A stretch of 63,359 nt of DNA from Arcobacteraceae bacterium (lineage in GTDB: Bacteria > Campylobacterota > Campylobacteria > Campylobacterales > Arcobacteraceae): positions 1 to 63,359 of the forward strand of contig JAOZTH010000001.1 of the NCBI GenBank assembly GCA_029939245.1. The letters run 5' to 3'. The first letter of the stretch is position 1. Every line of letters begins with the position of its first letter. The notes under the pieces are model-generated. The model made no database searches and had not been told where the DNA came from. It worked only from the letters and a program-made list of their open reading frames with translations. The position numbers and the translations under genes are program-made. Of this stretch, positions 47,390 through 55,637 are shown in pieces.

Positions 47390-48900
47390 TAAAAATATCA
47401 CAACTAAACAACATGGACTTCGAACCTGTATGGATAGATAATATAGATATGGCTATAGCCATAAAGTATTTTGCTCTGTTTAGTAAAAAAAATGATGATA
47501 CAATCATAGTGCTGACACCAATTCATATAAAGGAAGCTTTGGAGTTTTTATCAAAAGTAGAACTAAACTATGAGATATATCTAACAGATGAGATAAGTTT
47601 CGAAAGACTGCTTAACAAGTTTCTGGAAATCCGCACAGAAAAATCTATGGCAAAAGAAGAAAATGCCGAGTTGTCTATAGATACAGACGAAGAGGAGCTG
47701 GAGCTAAAAGAGTTTTTACAAACAAACCAAGACCTGTTAAACAGCGAAGATGCGGCTCCTGTCATAAAGCTGGTAAACTCTATATTTTATCAAGCTATCA
47801 AAAAAGATGCCAGTGATATACATATAGAAGTGCACGAAAAAAAGGGCGAAATACGGTTTCGTATAGATGGGGCATTGAACAAATATATGGATCTAGACAA
47901 AAAAATAACTCAACTAGCCATAAGTCGTATCAAGGTAATATCTAGTCTGGATATATCTGAAAAAAGAGTGCCACAAGATGGTAGAACACAAGTGACTATC
48001 GCTAGCAAAAAGCTAGACATAAGAGTCTCTATATTGCCTACATATTATGGCGAGAGAGTGGTCATGCGGATACTCATGGAAAGTAGCGATATACCGTCTA
48101 TGGAGCAGCTGGGATTTAAAAAAGATTTGATGGACAAGGTTTATCCACTTTTGGAGCACTCACATGGTATGATACTAGTAACTGGTCCTACAGGAAGTGG
48201 AAAGTCCACGACTTTGCACTCATTTTTACAGCAAGTAACCTCGCCAAACTTAAATATCATCACCGTAGAAGACCCAGTAGAATACAATGCAGAAAATATC
48301 AACCAAGTCCAGACAAATGCCAAAGTAGATCTCACATTTGCATCGGCTCTTCGGTCGATATTAAGACAAGACCCCGATGTAGTGATGATAGGCGAGATGC
48401 GAGACAAAGAGACAGCACATATAGGAGTGCAAGCCGCTCTAACTGGGCATCTTGTGTTTTCCACTTTGCATACAAACACATCTACAGGAGCTATCACTAG
48501 GCTAGTAGATATGGGAGTGGAAGAGTTTTTGATATCTAGCTCGCTTCTAGGAGTGCTAAGTCAAAGACTAGTTAGAAAGCTATGTGTGCATTGTAAATCT
48601 ATAGACCTTGATGGTGACTTTTATAAAACAAAGTTAAACATAGATACAAAAATACAAACATACAAAGCCGTAGGGTGCAACCAATGCCACTTTACAGGAT
48701 ATAGTGGCAGAGTGGCTATAGGGGAGCTGTTTGTAGTAGATGAAGAGGTCAAAAAATTTATCAAAAAAGATCAAGAGGAGAGTGAATTGCGAAATTTTAT
48801 GAGAAAAAAAGGTATGACAACCATACAAGATAGGCTTGCAGACCTTATAGTAGACGGCACGACATCGTTTACCGAAGCACTGAGGATAGGGATACACTAG
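47386..48900 (+). CDS. gspE: Type II secretion ATPase GspE family
   Basis: 504 aa. It has an N-terminal T2SSE_N-like domain, Walker A GPTGSGKST, Asp/His boxes, and the tetracysteine motif CVHC…CNQC typical of GspE. Confidence 0.9.
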   Translation: MIKISQLNNMDFEPVWIDNIDMAIAIKYFALFSKKNDDTIIVLTPIHIKEALEFLSKVELNYEIYLTDEISFERLLNKFLEIRTEKSMAKEENAELSIDTDEEELELKEFLQTNQDLLNSEDAAPVIKLVNSIFYQAIKKDASDIHIEVHEKKGEIRFRIDGALNKYMDLDKKITQLAISRIKVISSLDISEKRVPQDGRTQVTIASKKLDIRVSILPTYYGERVVMRILMESSDIPSMEQLGFKKDLMDKVYPLLEHSHGMILVTGPTGSGKSTTLHSFLQQVTSPNLNIITVEDPVEYNAENINQVQTNAKVDLTFASALRSILRQDPDVVMIGEMRDKETAHIGVQAALTGHLVFSTLHTNTSTGAITRLVDMGVEEFLISSSLLGVLSQRLVRKLCVHCKSIDLDGDFYKTKLNIDTKIQTYKAVGCNQCHFTGYSGRVAIGELFVVDEEVKKFIKKDQEESELRNFMRKKGMTTIQDRLADLIVDGTTSFTEALRIGIH

Positions 48901-50288
48901 TGGAAACAACACAGATAACACAAACAATATTTAGAGAATACGATATACGAGGCATATATGAGACAGAGCTAGACGAAAAAACAGTCAAACTGATAGGCTA
49001 TTTTCTAGGAGTTTATATTTGTAGGCAAACTAAAGGCGGTGCGGTTGCAGTAGGATATGATGCTAGAGAGCATGGAGTGGTGCTGGGTGGATACTTGACA
49101 AGTGGTCTAAATATGGCAGGCTGTCATGTGTTAGATATGGGTATGGTAGCTACAGGGGTAAATTATTTTGCTGGACACTATGAGTTTGATGGTATCAAGC
49201 CAGATGCCACCGTGATGATCACAGGTAGTCATAATCCACCACAATACAATGGCTTCAAAATAACAGTAGACAACAAACCGTTTTTTGGCGATGATATATA
49301 TACTCTAGGCGAGACAATAGTCAAAAACCAACAGACAGCTATAGCAGACAATACCAAAGCTACCACTATAGATGTCAAGACAAAATACATAGAATATATG
49401 ACAAAAGAGTTTCGCGACTTGAGAGATATGCCACAGAAGTTTGTGTTTGATTGTGGTCACGGGGTAGCAAACACAGTGCTAGAACAGATATTGCAAAAAC
49501 TAAACATAAACTACAAGATACTCTATGGCGATCCAGATGGAACATTTCCAGCACACCACCCAGACCCAAGTGAAGAAAAAAACCTAAGCGACATAAAACA
49601 GGAGCTAAAAGCAGATAGCGTATATGGATTTGCTTATGATGGCGATGCTGACAGAGTGGCATTTTTGACAAAAAAGCAAAATATCAAGCCAGATATGCTA
49701 GCTATAATATTAGCAAAAAGTCTCAAAAATCCTACAGTCATAGGTGAAGTCAAATGCTCATCTGTTATGTATGATACTATAGAAAAAAACGGTGGCAAGA
49801 CTATCATGGCAAAGACAGGACACAGCAACTTAAAAGTAGCTATCAAAAAGCACAAGGCCGACTTTGCTGTAGAAGTGTCGGGACATCTGTTTTTCGCTGA
49901 TAGGTTTTTTGGTTTTGATGATGCTGTCTATGCTACTTTTCGTATCATGGAACTTATAAATCAAGGCATAGATATAGATGGACAAATAGCCAGTTTCGAT
50001 GAGATATACAACACAGACGAGATAAAGATACACACCACAGAGGATACAAAGTTTAAAATCATGGACAACATAGGCGACATACTAGATACAGACAAAAATC
50101 TAAAACCACAGATAAAAAGTATCATAGATATAGACGGCTACCGTATAAACTTTACAGATGGCTGGGCTCTTGTGCGAGCTAGCAACACCACGCCAGTCAT
50201 CGTCACTAGATATGAAAGCACAAAAAAAGAAAATCTAACAATATACCAAGAGTTTGTAGAAAATCTTATAAAAAGAGCAACTTTTTGA
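48900..50288 (+). CDS. Phosphomannomutase/phosphoglucomutase
   Basis: 462 aa. It has the active-site loop TGSHNPPQYNGFK and the Mg site FAYDGDADRV. The GTG start overlaps the gspE stop by 1 nt. Confidence 0.88.
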   Translation: METTQITQTIFREYDIRGIYETELDEKTVKLIGYFLGVYICRQTKGGAVAVGYDAREHGVVLGGYLTSGLNMAGCHVLDMGMVATGVNYFAGHYEFDGIKPDATVMITGSHNPPQYNGFKITVDNKPFFGDDIYTLGETIVKNQQTAIADNTKATTIDVKTKYIEYMTKEFRDLRDMPQKFVFDCGHGVANTVLEQILQKLNINYKILYGDPDGTFPAHHPDPSEEKNLSDIKQELKADSVYGFAYDGDADRVAFLTKKQNIKPDMLAIILAKSLKNPTVIGEVKCSSVMYDTIEKNGGKTIMAKTGHSNLKVAIKKHKADFAVEVSGHLFFADRFFGFDDAVYATFRIMELINQGIDIDGQIASFDEIYNTDEIKIHTTEDTKFKIMDNIGDILDTDKNLKPQIKSIIDIDGYRINFTDGWALVRASNTTPVIVTRYESTKKENLTIYQEFVENLIKRATF

Positions 50289-50320
50289 GTTGGTTTTATA
50301 ATAATCGGTTATAATACGAT

Positions 50321-51052
50321 ATGATAATCAAGATGAACAGCATAGACAAATTTTTTGACGAGTTTCAAGCACTGAAAGATATAAATTTTTCTGTCAAAAA
50401 GGGCGAGATAGTAGTAGTTTGTGGACCTAGTGGTAGTGGCAAAAGCACTTTGATACGATGTATCAACAACCTAGACACTATAGATAGTGGCAACATAATA
50501 GTAGATGGCATAGATATATACAAAAGTAGAAAAAATATGAAATCTATCAAGACAAAAGTAGGTATGGTGTTTCAGCATTTTAACCTGTTTCCACACTTGA
50601 CTATACTAGAAAACATAACTCTAGCACAAACTTTGGTCAAAAAAAGCTCAAAACAAGAAGCTACAAAAGTAGCTGAACAGTTGTTAAACAAAGTCAAGCT
50701 GATAGAAAAAAAAGATTCTTATCCACAAGACCTAAGCGGAGGACAAAAACAGCGTGTAGCTATAGCTAGAAGTCTTGCTATGAAGCCACTTATATTGCTT
50801 TTCGATGAACCTACATCGGCACTTGACCCAGAGACGATAGGCGATGTGCTGTCGGTGATGAAAGACCTAGCAAAAGAAAATTATACTATAGTATGTGTGA
50901 CTCATGAGATGGGTTTCGCTAAGGAGGTAGCAGACAGAATTGTATTTATGGACGAGGGACAAATAGTTGAAGAGAACACTCCGCAGGAGTTTTTCAACAA
51001 CCCAAAAAGCGACAGAGCGAAACTATTTTTAAGTGAAATACTTTCGCATTAG
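50321..51052 (+). CDS. Polar amino-acid ABC transporter ATP-binding protein
   Basis: 243 aa with Walker A GPSGSGKST, signature LSGGQKQRV and Walker B LLFDEPTSALD. Confidence 0.9.
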   Translation: MIIKMNSIDKFFDEFQALKDINFSVKKGEIVVVCGPSGSGKSTLIRCINNLDTIDSGNIIVDGIDIYKSRKNMKSIKTKVGMVFQHFNLFPHLTILENITLAQTLVKKSSKQEATKVAEQLLNKVKLIEKKDSYPQDLSGGQKQRVAIARSLAMKPLILLFDEPTSALDPETIGDVLSVMKDLAKENYTIVCVTHEMGFAKEVADRIVFMDEGQIVEENTPQEFFNNPKSDRAKLFLSEILSH

Positions 51053-51076
51053 ATTAAATAAAAAGGAAAATAAAAT

Positions 51077-51961
51077 ATGAAAAATATAAAATATATATTG
51101 ATAATGGCTACAATGCTGGCATTTGCAGGGTGCAACGATAGCGGACAAAATAGCACAAAAGAAGCAACTACATCAACGACTAGCAATGATAGCGGAACTG
51201 CTAGTTTGCAGTTGTGGAAAGATTCAACTTTGAACAAAATTGTTCAACGAGGCGAGCTAAGAGTTGGTATGGAGCCTGGGTATATGCCATTTGAGATGAA
51301 AGACAAAAAAGGCAACATCATAGGCTACGATGTAGATATGGCAAAAAAGATGGCAAAAGATATGGGCGTCAAACTAAAGATCATCCCTACAGCATGGGAC
51401 GGTATCATAGCAGGACTTATCACAGAAAAATACGACATTATCATGTCTGGTATGACTATCACACAACAGCGAAATTTAAAAATAAACTTCGCAAATCCAT
51501 ATATAGTAGTAGGTCAAACTATATTGATGAACAAAGCTCACGAAGGTAAATACACTTCAGCAAAAGAGCTAGACAATGCGGAGCTAACTATAGCAACTAA
51601 GCTAGGAGTTACTGGTGAGATAGCTACTAGAAAGTTTTTCAAAAAAGCAAAGATAGTTACATTTGAAACTGAATCAGACGCAGTATCAGAAGTGCTGAGT
51701 GGCAAAGCAGATGCTATGGTCTATGACCAGCCATACAATGTCACATTTATGGCAGGAAAAGGTGGCGACAGATTGATACACCTAGATGCACCGCTGACTT
51801 ATGAACCACTCGGATGGGCTATAAGAAAAGGCGACCCTGACTTCTTGAACTGGCTAAACAACTTTTTAAGACAAGCTAAAGATGACAAAGTAGAAGATTT
51901 TGCTGCAAAAACATATAACAAATGGCTCGTAGACAAAAGTTGGCTACAAAGAGTTCAGTAG
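51077..51961 (+). CDS. Amino-acid ABC transporter substrate-binding lipoprotein
   Basis: 294 aa. It has lipobox LAFAGC and family-3 SBP motifs (GYDVDMAKKMAKDMG…AWDGIIAGL…KYDIIMSGMTIT). Confidence 0.85.
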   Translation: MKNIKYILIMATMLAFAGCNDSGQNSTKEATTSTTSNDSGTASLQLWKDSTLNKIVQRGELRVGMEPGYMPFEMKDKKGNIIGYDVDMAKKMAKDMGVKLKIIPTAWDGIIAGLITEKYDIIMSGMTITQQRNLKINFANPYIVVGQTILMNKAHEGKYTSAKELDNAELTIATKLGVTGEIATRKFFKKAKIVTFETESDAVSEVLSGKADAMVYDQPYNVTFMAGKGGDRLIHLDAPLTYEPLGWAIRKGDPDFLNWLNNFLRQAKDDKVEDFAAKTYNKWLVDKSWLQRVQ

Positions 51962-51964
51962 TAT

Positions 51965-52930
51965 ATGAAAAGTAAACCATTTTTAGAAAATAGGATATTT
52001 GGACACTTTGTCGCTGGCTTCTTTTTCGTAGCTGTTGGATGGTTTTTTTATTCAGCGGCCGCAAATATGAACTATGTGTGGAAGTGGACTTCGGTGCCAA
52101 AGTATTTTGTATATGATGAGACTATCACGATACAATCTCCGGCAAACGGTATCCTAGCTTTTGAAAATGGTGCTTTTTTTATAAAACAAAAAGAGGACCT
52201 AATCAAACTTGAGGAGCTAGACAAGAGCTTTAAGTTTGATTATGAAGTGGGCGAAAAAGTGTTTGAGGGCGACTTCATAGCAACCAAAGAGACTACACAT
52301 GCTGGTCCTGTGTTAAACGGACTATACATCACTATCAAAGTATCTGTATTTGCGGCATTGCTCGCTGTGCTTATAGGCATACTTATATCCTCTATGAAGC
52401 TGTCGGCATATGTATTTTTGAGAGATATTGCCACTGTGTATATTACATTGATACGAGGCACTCCATTGCTAGTGCAGATATTTTTGTTTTATTTTATCGT
52501 AGCAAATATATTTGGGCTAGAGCGATTTACTGCTGGAGTGCTCTCTTTGGGTGTATTTTTTGGTGCATATATGGCAGAGGTGCTACGAGGTGCTATACAG
52601 TCTATAGACAAAGGACAAGCCGAGGCAGCGAAGTCGCTAGGACTAGGGCAGTTTGATACAATGCGATATATAGTCATGCCACAAGCTATCAAAAGAGCTT
52701 TGCCTACACTTGTAGGTGAGTTTATAGCACTTGTCAAAGACTCATCACTGATATCAGTCATAAGCATAACTGATCTCACCAAAGTCGGCAAAGAGATAGT
52801 AGCAAATACATTTTCGCCATTTGAGACTTGGATAGTCATAGCTTTGCTGTATCTATGTATCACATCGCTTTTGAGTTTCGTAGGACACAAGATAGAAAAA
52901 CGACTAGAAGCAAAAGGCGGACTTAGCTAG
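51965..52930 (+). CDS. Amino-acid ABC transporter permease (with ~100-aa N-terminal extension)
   Basis: 321 aa with the His/Glu/Gln/Arg-type permease core (…IRGTPLLVQIFLFYF… EAAKSLGLGQFDTMRYIVMPQA…). Confidence 0.85.
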   Translation: MKSKPFLENRIFGHFVAGFFFVAVGWFFYSAAANMNYVWKWTSVPKYFVYDETITIQSPANGILAFENGAFFIKQKEDLIKLEELDKSFKFDYEVGEKVFEGDFIATKETTHAGPVLNGLYITIKVSVFAALLAVLIGILISSMKLSAYVFLRDIATVYITLIRGTPLLVQIFLFYFIVANIFGLERFTAGVLSLGVFFGAYMAEVLRGAIQSIDKGQAEAAKSLGLGQFDTMRYIVMPQAIKRALPTLVGEFIALVKDSSLISVISITDLTKVGKEIVANTFSPFETWIVIALLYLCITSLLSFVGHKIEKRLEAKGGLS

Positions 52931-52938
52931 CCATAGAT

Positions 52939-53868
52939 ATGAACTATATAGAAACGATAAAAACATCTATCCATAGTTCGTGGATAGTTTTGAAGCTAGT
53001 TATCCCTATATATATACTATCCGAAGTGTTCTATTTTTACAATATTTTGGACTATGTGTCGTTTGTGGTGGAGCCATGGACTTCTGTGATAGGTTTGCCA
53101 AAAGAGGCATCGCTAGCTATTATAAGCGGAATGTTTCTAAACCTATATGCCGCCGTGGCATTTGCAGCACCGCTAGATATGACCGCACACCAGTGGAGCA
53201 TATTGGCTGTGTTTTTGGGTATCTGCCACTCACTTGTAGTGGAGGGAGCGATACTCAAACAGATAGGTATATCAAATATATTTTCATATAGCTTTCGTCT
53301 AATCGCAGGGTTTTTTGCCGGTTTTGTAGTTTCTATCATGCCGTCATATTGGTTTGATAGCTATATCACTAGTGGTGATTTTGTTGTAAGCACTCACGAT
53401 GATATATGGTCGCTACTTCAAAGCTCCGCTGTGTCGTCTGTGGTGCTGTCTGTTAAAATAATAGTGCTGATAACCGCTCTCATATTTTTGATGGATTTTA
53501 TAAAATCTAGAGAATTTTTCGAAAAACTGGGCAAAAATATCACAGTAGGATTTAGCCTGATAGTCGGTATAATACTGGGTATCACATATGGAGCTGGAGT
53601 GTTGATCAAAGAGGCAAAGAGAGGCAATATGTCAAAAAAAGAGATATATTTCGTGAGTATATTTCTCATGATATGCCATGCTATAGTAGAGGATACTTTG
53701 CTATTTGTCATATTTGGAGCGGATTTTTTCTTGGTGATAATCATCCGCACAGTGTTTGCTGTGTTGATGGCATACGGCATGATACTGCTACTCACAAGCT
53801 ACAACAAACAAAACAACAAACAAAACAACAAACAAAACAACAAACAAAACAAAAAGGATAAATTATAA
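52939..53868 (+). CDS. Nucleoside-recognition (Gate) domain membrane protein
   Basis: 309 aa and polytopic, with …VIGLPKEASLAIISGMF…. The C-terminus carries an (NKQN)x4 repeat. Confidence 0.55.
   Translation: MNYIETIKTSIHSSWIVLKLVIPIYILSEVFYFYNILDYVSFVVEPWTSVIGLPKEASLAIISGMFLNLYAAVAFAAPLDMTAHQWSILAVFLGICHSLVVEGAILKQIGISNIFSYSFRLIAGFFAGFVVSIMPSYWFDSYITSGDFVVSTHDDIWSLLQSSAVSSVVLSVKIIVLITALIFLMDFIKSREFFEKLGKNITVGFSLIVGIILGITYGAGVLIKEAKRGNMSKKEIYFVSIFLMICHAIVEDTLLFVIFGADFFLVIIIRTVFAVLMAYGMILLLTSYNKQNNKQNNKQNNKQNKKDKL
53803..53850 (+). repeat. 12-bp tandem repeat (AACAAACAAAAC x4) encoding (NKQN)4
   Basis: Read directly from the sequence. Confidence 0.9.
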
Positions 53869-54482
53869 ATACGATAAAATTTGAAAACCAAACCATATCG
53901 CCATCAAAAGTAGTATGTGTAGGCAGAAACTATGTAGAGCATATAAAAGAGCTAAACAACGAAACACCTCATAGTATGGTGGTATTCAACAAGCCAAACA
54001 GTGCCATAACAGATAGATTGTATCATATCAGTAGTGAGACTAGATATGAGTGTGAGATATGTTTCATGATAATAGACGAAAGCATAGCAGGTGTAGCAGT
54101 TGGACTTGACTTGACCAAAGCAGATATCCAAAACAGTATGAAAAAACAGGGACTTCCGTGGGAGAGAGCCAAGTCATTTGACAAAAGTGCGGTGCTAGGT
54201 GATTTTGTGAAGTTCGATAGCGACACAACAGGACTAAAGATGGAGCTATATCTCAACGACAAACTGCGACAATATGCCACATATGATATGATGATATACA
54301 AACCACAGCAGATACTAGACGAGTGCAAAAGTTTTATGAGTTTAAATAATGGCGATATCATCATGAGTGGCACACCTAGTGGAGTAGGGGGTTATGATAT
54401 AGGAGATGTTTTTGTAGCGAAACTATATCACGATGACAACATGATAGTCCAAGCCAGATGGGAAGTTCAGGCAGCTATATGA
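53865..54482 (+). CDS. Fumarylacetoacetate hydrolase (FAH) family protein, YcgM-like; apparent non-AUG start
   Basis: The frame is open from 53862. Upstream of the first ATG (53976) it encodes …IKFENQTISPSKVVCVGRNYVEHIKELNNETPHS, which aligns with the conserved SKVVCVGSNYAKHIKEM block of E. coli YcgM (from memory). There is no in-frame ATG, GTG or TTG in 53862-53975. The exact start is uncertain. Confidence 0.7.
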   Translation: MNTIKFENQTISPSKVVCVGRNYVEHIKELNNETPHSMVVFNKPNSAITDRLYHISSETRYECEICFMIIDESIAGVAVGLDLTKADIQNSMKKQGLPWERAKSFDKSAVLGDFVKFDSDTTGLKMELYLNDKLRQYATYDMMIYKPQQILDECKSFMSLNNGDIIMSGTPSGVGGYDIGDVFVAKLYHDDNMIVQARWEVQAAI

Positions 54483-55084
54483 TAGAGTTATACACAAGCA
54501 GTATGCTAGTAGCCATAGCTACATTTACATTGTCATCGGTGATGACTCCAGGACCAAACAATATCATGCTACTATCGTCTGGACTGACTTTTGGATACAA
54601 AAAAACTATACCACATATGATAGGTATAATCATAGGATTTCCACTCATGGTAGTGCTAGTAGGGTTGGGTATAGGTGTGGTGTTTGAAAGATACCCACAG
54701 CTGTTTGAAGTGGTCAAATATGCAGGAGCATTTTATATGTTTTATCTAGCATATAAGATAGCCACAAATACTACAAAATATGACAAATCCACCAAGAGTA
54801 GGGCATTGACCTTTTGGCAAAGTGCTGTGTTTCAGTGGGTAAATCCCAAGGCATGGGTCATGGCGATAAGCAGCACGACTATATTTGTAAACGATATTGA
54901 GCATAGCTTTTCTCAAGTGTTGATGATAGCTTTTATATATCTACTCAGTGGCATAGTCTCTACAAACAGCTGGGCTTTGGGTGGTGTGGCTATGCAAAAA
55001 CTGCTGACCAACGACAAGTATATAAAGATATTTAACACAACTATGGCAATGCTTTTGTGTTTGAGTGTATTGACTTTTTTGTAA
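54479..55084 (+). CDS. LysE/RhtB-family amino-acid exporter
   Basis: About 201 aa from the ATG at 54479, which forms an ATGA overlap with the FAH stop. It has the TPGPNN motif and 6 TMs. Confidence 0.8.
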   Translation: MIELYTSSMLVAIATFTLSSVMTPGPNNIMLLSSGLTFGYKKTIPHMIGIIIGFPLMVVLVGLGIGVVFERYPQLFEVVKYAGAFYMFYLAYKIATNTTKYDKSTKSRALTFWQSAVFQWVNPKAWVMAISSTTIFVNDIEHSFSQVLMIAFIYLLSGIVSTNSWALGGVAMQKLLTNDKYIKIFNTTMAMLLCLSVLTFL

Positions 55085-55132
55085 TTTTCAGCAAATAACT
55101 TTTGGATTAAGAAAGTTTGGATAAAATACCCA

Positions 55133-55494
55133 AAGGTATGACAGATGATAGCTTGAGAATGTTTCTTGAGAGGAAAGTCCGTGCTACTGTGAAGTATGGT
55201 TCCATCTAACAGATGGCTGGGGAAACCCAAGGGATAAGTGCAACAGAAAACAAACCGCCATTTGGCAAGCCAAACGGTCAGGGTGAAAAGGCGAGGCAAG
55301 AGCTCACCAGTATATGGAACAATCCATATAGCTATGTAAACCCAACCTGTAGCAAGACAAGCATGGTAAACTTCACATAGGATTTATCTCTATTTTAGAG
55401 ACAAATCCATCAGCTTGTCGCTAGAACTCTAAAGCGATTTAGAGAGTAGATAAATTATCGTCAGATACAAAACACGGCTTATAGTCATACCCAC
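55133..55494 (+). ncRNA. rnpB: RNase P RNA (bacterial type A)
   Basis: It has the conserved blocks GAGAGGAAAGTCCG, AGTGCAACAGAAAACAAACCGCC, GGTCAGGGTGAAAAGG and ACAAAACACGGCTTATAG. P1 pairs GGTATGAC (55135-42) with GTCATACC (55484-91). The ends are approximate. Confidence 0.85.
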
Positions 55495-55498
55495 ACAA

Positions 55499-55530
55499 AA
55501 TACCAGCTTCACAGTTAGCTGGTATTTGTG
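55499..55530 (+). terminator. Hairpin terminator after rnpB
   Basis: 10-bp stem AATACCAGCT/AGCTGGTATT with an 8-nt loop, followed by TGTG. Confidence 0.45.
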
Positions 55531-55637
55531 CTACGGACACAGCTTGCGAGCCTATTGTTGTTTTCTTTATGGCAACCTCCCAAAACCCTCTATTGCTGCT
55601 ACTATGTATACATATCTCAAACCAGAGATACCTTTGA

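Noticed and set aside
39528-48900. Interpretation of the operon as a Campylobacter-type Cts competence system or a type IV pilus
   Set aside because: This is not fully excluded, but several features favour a T2SS-type machine. The operon has a GspC-like HR + PDZ protein, GspL/M/N-like bitopic proteins and a tetracysteine GspE-type ATPase. It lacks PilM/N/O/P, PilT and CtsP/CtsX/CtsR-like genes. It is kept as an explicit refutation test in the main finding.
54913-55299. 128-aa minus-strand ORF
   Set aside because: It overlaps the 3' end of the LysE gene and the 5' half of the RNase P RNA gene, whose conserved blocks explain the sequence.
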